A stretch of DNA of 64,000 nucleotides, taken from the IMG/VR virus record IMGVR_UViG_3300033388_003553, positions 7,434 to 71,433 of that record, one strand, 5' to 3'. This DNA comes from a virus. This document shows, piece by piece, positions 10,021-19,461 of this stretch (the stretch's first letter is position 1; every line of letters starts with the position of its first letter). The notes under the pieces are model-generated. The model was not told where the DNA came from, made no database searches, and saw only the letters and a list, made by a program, of their open reading frames with translations. The translations under genes and the position numbers were made by a program.

Positions 10021-10698
10021 ATGAAAAAGCCACATAAAATAGTAATGTTACCTACTGAGGATAGTAGTTGTTTATGTATTGCTGATGGTAGATTGTACTA
10101 TTACTCAAAGGATAAATGGTTTACTAAAGATTGTGACACACAACCACAACACCTCTACATACTCTCAGATGATGAGATAAGAAAAGGTGATTGGTTTTAT
10201 AATGGTGTTAATGTGGAAAAAACATTAAGAGTAGAATCTCAAATTCCATTTCATGGGTGTAAGAAAATCATAGCTACAACTGATTCTAAGCTCACAAATC
10301 TTATATATAAGAATGAGGAAGACTATTTTAATTATGATAATGGTGATAAACTTAACACTAATAAATTATTAGCTCAAATCCCTCAATTACTCATAGAATA
10401 CTATACTAAACATCAGCCTGAAGAGGTTGAGTTAGAGTATGAATGGATTGAAAGAAAAAGGAATCAGTCTAAAGAAGATAGAAACTATAAACTCAAACTC
10501 CAAAACAACGAGGTTATTATATCTTCTTTTTTATGTACTTATAGAACACCAAAGGATTCTTGGACAAAAGAAGAGTACCTCAGAGATATTAAACAGATAT
10601 TAGATGACCTTAATGCCCATGCAGAGGGTTTACCCACTGATGCAGATATAAAGAAGTATATCAACAATTGGGTAGATAAAAAGTATAACAAATTTTAA
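10021..10698 (+). CDS. Hypothetical phage protein, paralogue of 31358-32098
   Basis: Shared MLPT, QHLY..SDDEI..GDW, KI...TD..L and Q.PQ..IE.Y motifs. Confidence 0.65.
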   Translation: MKKPHKIVMLPTEDSSCLCIADGRLYYYSKDKWFTKDCDTQPQHLYILSDDEIRKGDWFYNGVNVEKTLRVESQIPFHGCKKIIATTDSKLTNLIYKNEEDYFNYDNGDKLNTNKLLAQIPQLLIEYYTKHQPEEVELEYEWIERKRNQSKEDRNYKLKLQNNEVIISSFLCTYRTPKDSWTKEEYLRDIKQILDDLNAHAEGLPTDADIKKYINNWVDKKYNKF

Positions 10699-10731
10699 AA
10701 CACTTATATTAGTAGGTGCAAAAATAAATTG

Positions 10732-11043
10732 TTAATTGAAGAAAGGGTTTTCTTCAATTAACAATTGTATTGTATCACTTATCTTTTGACAATCTGATTC
10801 AAACTGATTAATATCCCCCTCATCTAAGATAAACCACTCACCTTCAACACGTTTAGTGGTGTGTTTTTTATGTAACCACGCTTCAACCTTTCTGTAATAT
10901 TCACAATCAAAATTTTTAACCAAAATTATTTCATCTGGACACCCAGTTTGTAATTCACGCAACCTATCTTTAACATTACGCCTAGTAACACCAATTTTAT
11001 AATAATTGGTGTCAATCATATTTAGCAAATATATTGTCCCCAT
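10732..11043 (-). CDS. GIY-YIG nuclease, T5orf172/MUG113 family
   Basis: IYLL...YYKIGVT...RLRELQTG...E..LH...EGEWF. Confidence 0.8.
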   Translation of the reverse strand: MGTIYLLNMIDTNYYKIGVTRRNVKDRLRELQTGCPDEIILVKNFDCEYYRKVEAWLHKKHTTKRVEGEWFILDEGDINQFESDCQKISDTIQLLIEENPFFN

Positions 11044-11472
11044 AATAATAATTATACCCATCTTTATTGAATTAGTCAATATTTATATATAACTTTATTG
11101 GTATGGTAGAATTAAAACAATTACACGAAGAGATTGCATCATTATTAAAAAAAGAATTTGGTTTAGATAAACTTGATATGGGTGATGGAGATTGTATCAA
11201 AGAATTGAATTTTAAATTAAAATCAGGTTGTGATGGGACAAAAATAAAGCAAATACTCAAAACACATTTTGGTAGCTCTTTGATATTCCATGCGTGTGAG
11301 ATGGGTGGGGTATTAGGTATTTTAATTGAAAATAATTGCAAATAAATTAGGAATACCCTAACATATATATTATCTTTGACGTAACTAACAATTTTGGGCA
11401 CACACTAGTTACTAACGCTCCGTGTATCATACATGTGTAAATATGAATAAACATTAATTAAATAGTTGAACT

Positions 11473-11763
11473 ATGAAGAACACAGAAAAAACATCACAAC
11501 AATTAGGTGTAAGTAGATTTAAAACATTGACAGCTAAGGAAGCTAGGAAGCAATCTTTGTCTGTTGCGGAAAGATTGGAGATTAGAGTTTTTATGGATAT
11601 GATTAAGGATGCTATAGCTCACGGCAGAACTTATTGTTATTTTAGTAGACATATCTCGGAAAGACAATTAACATTACTTAATGCCCTAGGTTATAAGGTA
11701 ACTAATTCATATGATTTAACATTAACAAATAGTCAAAATTATAAAACAAAAATATTATGGTAG
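11473..11763 (+). CDS. Hypothetical protein with a cassette-derived 5' region
   Basis: 11413-11488 resembles 63259-63334. Confidence 0.55.
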   Translation: MKNTEKTSQQLGVSRFKTLTAKEARKQSLSVAERLEIRVFMDMIKDAIAHGRTYCYFSRHISERQLTLLNALGYKVTNSYDLTLTNSQNYKTKILW

Positions 11764-11802
11764 ATTTACAATCAATTTTTACAAAGTTAAAACACTTAAA
11801 CA

Positions 11803-12276
11803 ATGAGATTATACGCAACATTTGAAGGGGTAAAAGACATCGACCCAACGAAATACGATAAATTCTATGGAAATCTACAATTGATGTGGTCCAACGTTAA
11901 AGATGATACTGGTTCACCACTTAACGGTGTATTTCATTGTAATAGAGCCAAATTATTTGAATCACTAACACTTAGAAAAGGTAATCGATATGTTTTGGGT
12001 TGTAAGGAACTAAAAGGTCAAAAAATATACTTCCCATTATCGGTGATGAACACCAGAAAAAACCCAACATGTGATATCATGAGGAAAGCTTTTGGTGATT
12101 ACACATTTATTAAGGGTAAATTTAAAGGAAAGTGGTTAAAGAAGATGTCTCATTTGGAGAAAGATGAGCTTAAGAGATACTTATTATACCTAGGTAAAAA
12201 TACTAATAATGAAGCCACAGTGATAAACGTATTGAGTGTATTAAAAATATTAGATGATGAACAAAAACAATATTAA
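11803..12276 (+). CDS. Hypothetical protein
   Basis: ORF track. Confidence 0.55.
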   Translation: MRLYATFEGVKDIDPTKYDKFYGNLQLMWSNVKDDTGSPLNGVFHCNRAKLFESLTLRKGNRYVLGCKELKGQKIYFPLSVMNTRKNPTCDIMRKAFGDYTFIKGKFKGKWLKKMSHLEKDELKRYLLYLGKNTNNEATVINVLSVLKILDDEQKQY

Positions 12277-12362
12277 TATAAACATCTAAATGTAATTAAT
12301 TACAAACATAACTAATTAATAGTCAACACATTAAAAATTAAATTAAAAATAATTACAAAAAC

Positions 12363-12394
12363 ACTTGTTTTTTAATAAAACTTTTGTATATTTG
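12363..12394 (+). promoter_or_regulatory. Bacteroidota-type sigma70 promoter of tRNA operon 1
   Basis: ACTTG...TTTTG-TATATTTG (-7 TAnnTTTG); near-identical at 16143-16174 and 26394-26425. Confidence 0.7.
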
Positions 12395-12452
12395 TAGTAT
12401 ATTTAAAACAAAGGGGTAACTCTTAATACAAACAAAAACAAAAACATTTTCA

Positions 12453-12536
12453 ATGCAAACAATTGTAAACATATTAACACTTAACTTAGTCTTATGCCTA
12501 TCGGTATTAGACGGGTCGAGCTATGTGTTTACGTAA
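12453..12536 (+). CDS. Attenuator leader peptide of tRNA operon 1 (MQTIVNILTLNLVLCLSVLDGSSYVFT)
   Basis: 27 codons, Leu/Val/Cys-rich; 3' end overlaps the antiterminator segment 12515-12530. Confidence 0.75.
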   Translation: MQTIVNILTLNLVLCLSVLDGSSYVFT

Positions 12537-12559
12537 GTATAGAAAACTTAAACATATTC

Positions 12560-12593
12560 AAGCTCGATTCAGTTACTGAATCGAGCTTTTTTT
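12560..12593 (+). terminator. Intrinsic terminator (attenuator) of tRNA operon 1
   Basis: AAGCTCGATTCAG-TTA-CTGAATCGAGCTT followed by a T tract. Confidence 0.85.
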
Positions 12594-12641
12594 ATGTCTA
12601 ATATGTCTTGGTTTGTCGAAAAGGTAGGTCTTTGAAATAAT

Positions 12642-12731
12642 GTCTCAGTGCTCCGAGTGGTCGAAGGGGGTGGGTTGCAACCCCACCAAAGCGTAGTTGC
12701 TTCATCATAGGTTCGAATCCTATCTGGGACT
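12642..12731 (+). tRNA. tRNA-Cys(GCA) with long variable arm
   Basis: Acceptor GTCTCAG/CTGGGAC, anticodon GTGGG-TT GCA AC-CCCAC, TTCGAAT loop, U73. Confidence 0.8.
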
Positions 12732-12910
12732 CATGAATTGCAAAAAGTTTGTACAAAATGTGGGTAAGAAAATGAAGTGTAGGTGAGATTCTAACTCACC
12801 TACACTTCATACCGCTTCCGACTGGTCGGACTTTTGAATTTATAAACTTAAGGGGTGGATGAAGTCCCATAAGAACTAAAAAGATTAGGTAGACTGCAAG
12901 TCCACCAAAT

Positions 12911-12982
12911 GCTCTGTGGATGTGATGGTCAGCATACTTGTTTTACATACAAGGTGAGAAGGTTCGATTCCTTCACGGAGTA
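12911..12982 (+). tRNA. tRNA-Val(TAC)
   Basis: CTTGT-TT TAC AT-ACAAG; GGTTCGATTCC. Confidence 0.85.
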
Positions 12983-12992
12983 CAACACAAAT

Positions 12993-13066
12993 AGGGGTGT
13001 AGCCGAATTGGTATAGGCAACAAGCTTAGACCTTGAAATCTGTGGGTTCGAATCCCACCACCCCCA
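12993..13066 (+). tRNA. tRNA-Leu(TAG), short variable region
   Basis: CAAG-CT TAG AC-CTTG; GGGTTCGAATCCC. Confidence 0.75.
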
Positions 13067-13079
13067 CTGCCTAAACTTC

Positions 13080-13227
13080 GCTACGTGGAGCATTGGAGAG
13101 TCATGGCAAGGATTTAATTTTAGCGGGTAAGCAACCTAGGAACGTGAGACCCAAGTTTATTAAATTCGACTCAAAGCTCGCTGGGGGCATATCCCAGAGG
13201 CAACAGGTTCGATTCCTGTCGTAGCAA
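13080..13227 (+). ncRNA. tRNA-like RNA with a large insertion in place of the anticodon arm
   Basis: GCTACG/CGTAGC acceptor and ACAGG-TTCGATT-CCTGT T arm. Confidence 0.45.
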
Positions 13228-13238
13228 CAATAATATAT

Positions 13239-13312
13239 TGCGGGGTGGACTGGAGTGGCTCCAGCTGGGTCTCATAAGCCCAATCACGGGGGTTCGAATC
13301 CCCCTCCCGCTA
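13239..13312 (+). tRNA. tRNA-Met(CAT), initiator-like
   Basis: TGGGT-CT CAT AA-GCCCA; unpaired 1:72. Confidence 0.8.
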
Positions 13313-13321
13313 CTAACACAT

Positions 13322-13406
13322 GGCCTTGTGGTGAAATTGGTAAACACAGGGGACTTAAAATCCCCCGCCCATTTAGGGCTTGTCGGTTCGAATCCGACCA
13401 AGGCTA
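13322..13406 (+). tRNA. tRNA-Leu(TAA)
   Basis: GGGGA-CT TAA AA-TCCCC; long variable arm. Confidence 0.9.
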
Positions 13407-13430
13407 CAAAGCACAAGTACTTGTGCTGGA

Positions 13431-13521
13431 TTAGATATGATGGAATTGGTAGACATGACCCCTTAGTCGGGGTGGAGAAAACTTTTGTCACTCCGTGTAG
13501 GTTCGAGTCCTACTATTTAAC
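13431..13521 (+). tRNA. Degenerate Leu-type tRNA (TAG-like)
   Basis: Leu-type D arm GATGGAATTGGTAGACAT, long variable arm and T arm; irregular anticodon loop. Confidence 0.5.
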
Positions 13522-13523
13522 CC

Positions 13524-13607
13524 CCCCAAGTGGTGAAATTGGTAAACACACAACCTTGAGGTGGTTGTGTCCGAAAGGATGTGTGGGTTCGACTCCCACC
13601 TTGGGGA
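13524..13607 (+). tRNA. tRNA-Leu(GAG)
   Basis: CCCCAAG/CTTGGGG; CAACC-TT GAG GT-GGTTG. Confidence 0.9.
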
Positions 13608-14413
13608 CAAATAAAAGTAAATATTATTTGTTTGAATTAATAATTATTAGATAATATTTATTAATATGAATAGATTTATTTTAATAGTGGTAATATTAAT
13701 TTCACTCACAACATCATGTAGTTCATCACAACATATTTGTGATGCTTATGTATCAGATAACACAACAATAGATGACAATAAAATATGAAAAAATTTAATA
13801 GAGTATCATCGATAATCGTATTTATACTAGGATTAATTGGTAGTATAAGTTTTTGGGTATTTATTGTACAAGGAGATGTATTTGAGGATTGGTACCCACT
13901 AGTTTCGATGTTCGTATCAACACATTCGGCATTAATAGGTGTTATTTTTTATGAGATAATGAGGTACACAGGTAAGTCATTCAAAGAATTATTCAAAAAA
14001 AATAATTAAACTTTTGGTTAAATAGAATATTATCCTTATATTTGAATAAGAAAGTCGATTCAATTGATATTTATTGATGAGTTGGTTTAAGTTAAACTAA
14101 AACATAAAAAGTATGGGAATTATAACATTTATTTTATTAGTAATATTAATTATAATTAGGGTTATTGAGTGTTATTTGTTTATGAAAAAGGTGAGTAAAG
14201 CTTGTCGAGCATATGACATGAAACACATAGAAAATAATGAATTATTACTTTTGGAGATGTTAGAACGTGAAGATTACTATATTACTAGTGATTGGTCAGC
14301 ATACAATTTCTTATATTTAAAAGGACCAAACCCTTTGTGTTTGTTTTTCTCTGTAAAACCAATCACTATTGAAGCACAATATAATAAAAAAGTTGTTGAA
14401 AAACTAAACACAT

Positions 14414-15061
14414 ATGAAATTAACTGAAGCATACAACAAAGTCATTCTAGATGAATTTTGGAACGGATTAGAAGAAGAACTTCAATTAGATGAATCTGAG
14501 AGTGGATTAAAAAACCTAATCGGGCAAGCAAACGAAATTATATTCAAGAAATTTCAAATAAACCCAAAAGATAGAGAATACTGCATAGTTGGTTCAGCAA
14601 GATTATATTTATACCCACAACTTAGGGATGCCTTTGGGTTAGAAGGAACTATTGGTGATTTAGATATGGTAATACCAGACAAGAAACACTGGATACAAGC
14701 TGGTTTAGAAGAAAACTGGAATAAAGGTGGGGTTTATAGACCAACTGATGATGGTTCAATTGAAGCGTTTAATGTGTGGGACCCAGCAAAAGCTGGTGGG
14801 GAATACGCTGACGTTCAAGTAAGGTCAACCCAAGAAGTAATCAAAGATGGTACACTAATTAATGGTTATTACTTTATGTCATTACAAGATATTATAGATT
14901 ATAAAATGTCTATGAATAGAGAAAAAGAACAAGATATTGTTAACCTTATTTCAGCTTATCAAAAAAGTGGGTCATCAAACAGAATGGAACTACTTAGAAG
15001 AATGGCCAAAATAATTGGCTTGAATAAAACCAAAGAATTCTTAGGTAAAGTAGCTAAATAA
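14414..15061 (+). CDS. Nucleotidyltransferase-like protein
   Basis: IVGSA...GDLDMV...IEAF (GS...DxD...E). Confidence 0.5.
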   Translation: MKLTEAYNKVILDEFWNGLEEELQLDESESGLKNLIGQANEIIFKKFQINPKDREYCIVGSARLYLYPQLRDAFGLEGTIGDLDMVIPDKKHWIQAGLEENWNKGGVYRPTDDGSIEAFNVWDPAKAGGEYADVQVRSTQEVIKDGTLINGYYFMSLQDIIDYKMSMNREKEQDIVNLISAYQKSGSSNRMELLRRMAKIIGLNKTKEFLGKVAK

Positions 15062-15063
15062 AT

Positions 15064-15987
15064 ATGAAATCACTAATTAAAAAATTACTCAGAGAATCAT
15101 TATTAACTGAACTAAGGGTAATTAACCCTAAATCAATTTCTAAAGAAGAACCACTTAAAGACTCTGATACGATAAGGGTATATCATGGTTTTAATGATTA
15201 TGAAGATGCAATTATGGCAGTAAAGTTTGGATTTTCTGGTAAGGAAAAGGCTAAAAGAATTTATTCATATGAGTCTAACAATAACCCTAATGGACTATTT
15301 GTTACTTTAGATTTAGAAACAGCAAAAAAATTCACGAGTCCAAGAAGTAAAAGAGGTATCACAGTTATTATGGAACTTAGTGTTAAAGTATCAGAATTAG
15401 AGGCACCAGTATGGCCTAGTGGTTCTTATACAGTACAAGGTCAGATGTCTAAAAATTGGAGAAATGATAATGATAGATACGAAAATGGTACACTTAAAGC
15501 TAGGGAAAAAGCATCACAAAGTAAGTATGGGTTTATTAGTGGTGCCGATAGACCAGAGTTAGCTGCAACTTTAATGGGGTCAGAGAACCAAGCATTATAT
15601 ATGGGAGATATAAACCCCAATATGATTAAACGTGTATTTTTTGGTGAATCTGGTAAACATAACCTTATTGCTAAAAATCTAGATAGGATATCCCCTAAAG
15701 AATTCCTTAGTAAGTTTGAAACACATGAGCCAGAAAGGATAAAACATAGTAGAAGCGGTAAAGAAGTTGAAACATTGAGTAATAAAGGACAAGAGTATTA
15801 TAATAAGAAAAGAAAAATATTCCAACCCAATGACGATTTCTCAATGGATATCTTATCACAAAAATTAAAAGATATTGGATTTACTGATGGTAGTAAAAAA
15901 CAATCACTAGAATTTCTAAATAATGAATATTCAGTTGGTTATTTATGGCCTAAACAACTAAAACAACTGGAAGATAATAAAATATGA
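15064..15987 (+). CDS. Possible ADP-ribosyltransferase-fold protein with MKSLIKKLLRE leader
   Basis: VYHG...GLFVTLDLETAKKF resembles ART strand motifs. Confidence 0.4.
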   Translation: MKSLIKKLLRESLLTELRVINPKSISKEEPLKDSDTIRVYHGFNDYEDAIMAVKFGFSGKEKAKRIYSYESNNNPNGLFVTLDLETAKKFTSPRSKRGITVIMELSVKVSELEAPVWPSGSYTVQGQMSKNWRNDNDRYENGTLKAREKASQSKYGFISGADRPELAATLMGSENQALYMGDINPNMIKRVFFGESGKHNLIAKNLDRISPKEFLSKFETHEPERIKHSRSGKEVETLSNKGQEYYNKKRKIFQPNDDFSMDILSQKLKDIGFTDGSKKQSLEFLNNEYSVGYLWPKQLKQLEDNKI

Positions 15988-16225
15988 AATCACTAATCAA
16001 AAATTACCCATAGATATAGTTTTAATCATCAGAACAATAAGTATTAGAAACTTTCTTATAAAAAAATAAAAAATAAGTTACCCCTTTAAACCCCCATAAA
16101 AACTAGGAACTTAAAAAAAAGTATAAAAATATTTTCAAAAATACTTGCTATTTAAAATAACTTTTGTATCTTTGTACCATACTTATAAACAACGAGACTA
16201 ATTAAGTCTCACAAAAAATAAAAAA

Positions 16226-16315
16226 ATGAACACAGTATTTAACATATTTGATTTTAACTTTGAAGCAGCCGAGGCGGATTTTAGCCTAGGGTGGTCGAGT
16301 ATTGTCAAAAGTTAA
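16226..16315 (+). CDS. Attenuator leader peptide of tRNA operon 2 (MNTVFNIFDFNFEAAEADFSLGWSSIVKS)
   Basis: 29 codons, Phe/Asp/Glu/Ala-rich; contains the antiterminator GTGGTCG 16291-16297. Confidence 0.78.
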   Translation: MNTVFNIFDFNFEAAEADFSLGWSSIVKS

Positions 16316-16338
16316 GTATTTAAACATACAACATTTAC

Positions 16339-16370
16339 AAGCCGACCACGAAAGTGAGTTGGCTTTTTTT
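16339..16370 (+). terminator. Intrinsic terminator (attenuator) of tRNA operon 2
   Basis: AAGCCGACCAC-GAAA-GTGAGTTGGCTT followed by a T tract. Confidence 0.85.
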
Positions 16371-16380
16371 ATGTTAATAT

Positions 16381-16452
16381 GTAACCTTGGAAGTAGTGGT
16401 CCTTCGTCTGGTTGAAGCCCAGAAAAGCTCGGTTCGAATCCGAGAGGTTGCA
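16381..16452 (+). tRNA. tRNA-Phe(GAA)
   Basis: TCTGG-TT GAA GC-CCAGA; CTCGG-TTCGAAT-CCGAG. Confidence 0.75.
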
Positions 16453-16460
16453 CAAAACAT

Positions 16461-16532
16461 AGCCCCATCGACTAGCGGTTAGGTCGCCACCCTCTCAAGG
16501 TGGAAACATCGGTTCGAATCCGATTGGGGTCA
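16461..16532 (+). tRNA. tRNA-Glu(CTC)
   Basis: CCACC-CT CTC AA-GGTGG. Confidence 0.85.
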
Positions 16533-16568
16533 CTAAGATTTGGTTCTTTGACGTATTGAAATGATTAT

Positions 16569-16643
16569 GGTGTGGTAGCTCAGAGGTAGAGCAGTAGGTT
16601 GAAAACTTACGTGTCGCTGGTTCGATTCCAGCTCGCACCACCA
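16569..16643 (+). tRNA. tRNA-Phe(GAA)
   Basis: GTAGG-TT GAA AA-CTTAC; encoded CCA. Confidence 0.9.
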
Positions 16644-16646
16644 AAT

Positions 16647-16721
16647 GCTCGGTTGGTCTAACGGCTAGGACGTGTGGTTTTCAGCCATAAGCTAGGGGTT
16701 CGATTCCCCTACCGAGTACCA
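16647..16721 (+). tRNA. tRNA-Glu(TTC)
   Basis: TGTGG-TT TTC AG-CCATA; encoded CCA. Confidence 0.85.
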
Positions 16722-16768
16722 AGTGTCAGTTACTAGTGGTTCTGAACGAAATAAAATGCTACTAAATT

Positions 16769-16840
16769 CGCCCCATCGTCTAACGGTTAGGACGCTAGGT
16801 TTTCAACCTAGAAATAGGAGTTCGATTCTCCTTGGGGTGG
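16769..16840 (+). tRNA. tRNA-Glu(TTC)
   Basis: CTAGG-TT TTC AA-CCTAG. Confidence 0.85.
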
Positions 16841-16891
16841 CTGGACATACTTTCGTACTTTTTCTCTATATTTATATAGAAAAAATATATT

Positions 16892-17506
16892 ATGGCGAGA
16901 AAGGAAAAAAAGTATCACTTTATCTATAAGACAACTAATAAGTTATCGGGTAGATATTACATTGGAATGCATAGTACTAATAACTTGGACGATGGTTATA
17001 TGGGTTCTGGTAATCGATTAAGGTTAGCAATAAGGAAACATGGTAAAGAAAACTTTATTAGAGAGATTCTAGAGTATTGCAATACTAGAGATGAATTAAG
17101 AATACAAGAAGCAAAAGTAATTACTTTAGAAGAAGTTGCGAAGGAAGAGTGTATGAATCTAGCTGTGGGTGGTGAAGGTGGTTATACGAATTCTGGTGGA
17201 CCAGAAGCTTTCGCTAAGAAAGTAAAAGAAGATAAAGAGTTTGGTGATAGGGTAAAAAAGACTCTTTTAGGGAATGTAAAGAAAGCCCATAAGAATGGTA
17301 ATATACCTTATGATAATTTTCAAGGTAAAACACATTCTGACGAAACTAAAAATAAGATGAGTGAGTCTAGTAAAGGACAAGGTAAAGGTTCAGCAAACTC
17401 ACAATTCGGAACTTGCTGGATTACCAACGGTGAAGAAGTTAAGAAGATTAAAAAAGAAAACCTCGATTCTTATATCAGTGATGGTTGGAGACGAGGAAGA
17501 AAATAA
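16892..17506 (+). CDS. GIY-YIG homing endonuclease with NUMOD3 motif, inside the tRNA operon
   Basis: FIYKTTN...YYIGMHS...GYMGSG; GKTHSDETKNKMSES. Confidence 0.85.
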   Translation: MARKEKKYHFIYKTTNKLSGRYYIGMHSTNNLDDGYMGSGNRLRLAIRKHGKENFIREILEYCNTRDELRIQEAKVITLEEVAKEECMNLAVGGEGGYTNSGGPEAFAKKVKEDKEFGDRVKKTLLGNVKKAHKNGNIPYDNFQGKTHSDETKNKMSESSKGQGKGSANSQFGTCWITNGEEVKKIKKENLDSYISDGWRRGRK

Positions 17507-17581
17507 TAATATGGGGTCATAGTTTAAATGGCTAAAATAGGGGTTTTATGAGTATGACTGATAGGAAAGACTATCATTTAC

Positions 17582-17657
17582 GGTTACGTGGTCTAGTCTG
17601 GTCAAGGATGTCTGCCTGTCACGCAGAAGGTCGAGGGTTCGAATCCCTTCGTAACCG
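17582..17657 (+). tRNA. tRNA-Asp(GTC)
   Basis: TCTGC-CT GTC AC-GCAGA. Confidence 0.9.
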
Positions 17658-17790
17658 CTCGGTGTCACACAATGTCTCCAAGGACGCTTTGACGTTTAAA
17701 GAGCTTGGTAAGGTAACATAGGAAGTGTGTTGGATAAATTGAAAGTGACTTGTAGTGAAGTGTGATGACGCTACAAAATCCAACGAATAT

Positions 17791-17864
17791 GGGCCATTGG
17801 TGAAGCTGGCTATCACACCGCTCTTGCACAGCGGAGTCCTCGGTTCGAAGCCGTGATGTGTCCA
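17791..17864 (+). tRNA. tRNA-Ala(TGC)
   Basis: CCGCT-CT TGC AC-AGCGG; imperfect acceptor stem. Confidence 0.75.
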
Positions 17865-17927
17865 CATGTATGTAGTTCGATTTGACTTTTTTCCACTTTT
17901 TATTTTTTTTATATAAAAAGGAATATT

Positions 17928-18344
17928 ATGGGAAAATGTAAGAATTGTGGTGTTGAAATTTTAGTTAAAACTAGGAGAGTTCACTGTAGTGATGAATGTA
18001 GAAAAGAATATAGGAGAAAAGATATGGATGATTATTTAAAATATAAACGAGATGTCCAATTTAGCTTTGCTTTAAATGATTATCCAGATAAATTTGATTT
18101 TGACTTAATTAAAGAGTATGGGTGGTATTCACCATCAAACTCTAATAAACCAAATATTAATGGTGTTAGTAGAGACCATATGTTATCAGTCAGAGAAGGT
18201 TTTGAAAAAGGGGTTAACCCTAAATTATTATCGCATCCAGCAAACTGTGAGTTAATGGTTCATGGTGATAATATAAGTAAAAATAAAAAATCTTCAATAA
18301 CGGAAGATGAATTAATAAAACGAATTGAAGAATGGGAAAAATAA
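17928..18344 (+). CDS. HNH-type endonuclease with N-terminal zinc finger
   Basis: CKNC...CSDEC; SRDH...HPANCELM...N..K. Confidence 0.65.
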   Translation: MGKCKNCGVEILVKTRRVHCSDECRKEYRRKDMDDYLKYKRDVQFSFALNDYPDKFDFDLIKEYGWYSPSNSNKPNINGVSRDHMLSVREGFEKGVNPKLLSHPANCELMVHGDNISKNKKSSITEDELIKRIEEWEK

Positions 18345-18459
18345 GTACCACCAGAGTCACGAGTTCGATTCTCGGTGACTCCACAAATTATTTTTTATAA
18401 AAGTTTGGTATTTAAAAATATTAATTATATATTTGTGATGCATAAAAAAATAAATTAAT

Positions 18460-19389
18460 ATGAAAAAGACAAAAGTAAGTGACAACGCTTTAAATGAAAT
18501 TAAGTTAATTAAGTTAAAACGAATTTTAGAAGAATTTAGAGGTGATGATTCAACAGATGGTGTTTTTACCATTAACGGTGAAAAAATACGTGCAACACAT
18601 ATTGAATGTACCCCAGAATTAGCCCAATACATTTTAGATGAATTCAACGACAGTAATAGGCCCGCTAAAAAAGTTAATTTAAATTATTTAAAACGTGAGA
18701 TTTTAAATGGTAATTGGTTGACCAATGGTGACACCATTAAGTTTAATAATGATGGGTCAATGAATGATGGTCAACATAGATTAAAGTCTATCATTGAAAC
18801 CAATGTTACGTTACCATTGATTGTTATTAGTGGTCTTACAACCAAAAGTTTTAAAAGTTTAGATGTTGGTACTAAAAGAACTGGTTCGGATGTATTAGCA
18901 GTAAAGGGTGTTAAAAATTCAACAAACTCCGCTTCAGTAGTTAAATTTATTCATGCTTTTAGTAACAATAAATATAGTGAAAACACCATGGCAACTAGGA
19001 CATTAAGTAATACTAATATTGAAGATTATTATGATTTATTGATGCCAAACATTGAAACATCAGTTAAATTTATTAATAATTATTCTAGTACTTGTAAGGG
19101 ATTTATTAGACCAACATTAATTGGTGGTTTTCATTATTTACTTGGTGAAATTGACCCAGAACTTAGGGATGAGTTTTTAATTAAATTATGTACAGGTATT
19201 GGGTTAGAGGCTGACTCACCAATCACAGCACTAAGGTCAAAATTAATTAGGATTCAGTATGATAAAAATAGTCGTTTAACCAACTTAGATATGTTAAAAA
19301 ATATTGTTTATACTTGGAACAAGTGTAGAAAAGGTCAAACAGCAAAAAATATCAAAATACCGTCAGATTTTAAAATTAAATTATTATAA
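18460..19389 (+). CDS. ParB-like N-terminal domain protein (paralogue of 22645-23496)
   Basis: NR...GNW..NG..I......DGQHRL. Confidence 0.65.
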   Translation: MKKTKVSDNALNEIKLIKLKRILEEFRGDDSTDGVFTINGEKIRATHIECTPELAQYILDEFNDSNRPAKKVNLNYLKREILNGNWLTNGDTIKFNNDGSMNDGQHRLKSIIETNVTLPLIVISGLTTKSFKSLDVGTKRTGSDVLAVKGVKNSTNSASVVKFIHAFSNNKYSENTMATRTLSNTNIEDYYDLLMPNIETSVKFINNYSSTCKGFIRPTLIGGFHYLLGEIDPELRDEFLIKLCTGIGLEADSPITALRSKLIRIQYDKNSRLTNLDMLKNIVYTWNKCRKGQTAKNIKIPSDFKIKLL

Positions 19390-19461
19390 GACGTAATTTT
19401 AATTAAAAATGTCTCAAAATATATTTTGAGACATTTTTTTTTTTAATTAATATTTATTAGT

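Noticed and set aside
13171-13654. ORF-track proteins overlapping tRNA clusters (also 16286-16468, 16723-16929, 17619-17867, 27660-28804)
   Set aside because: Spurious translations of tRNA genes
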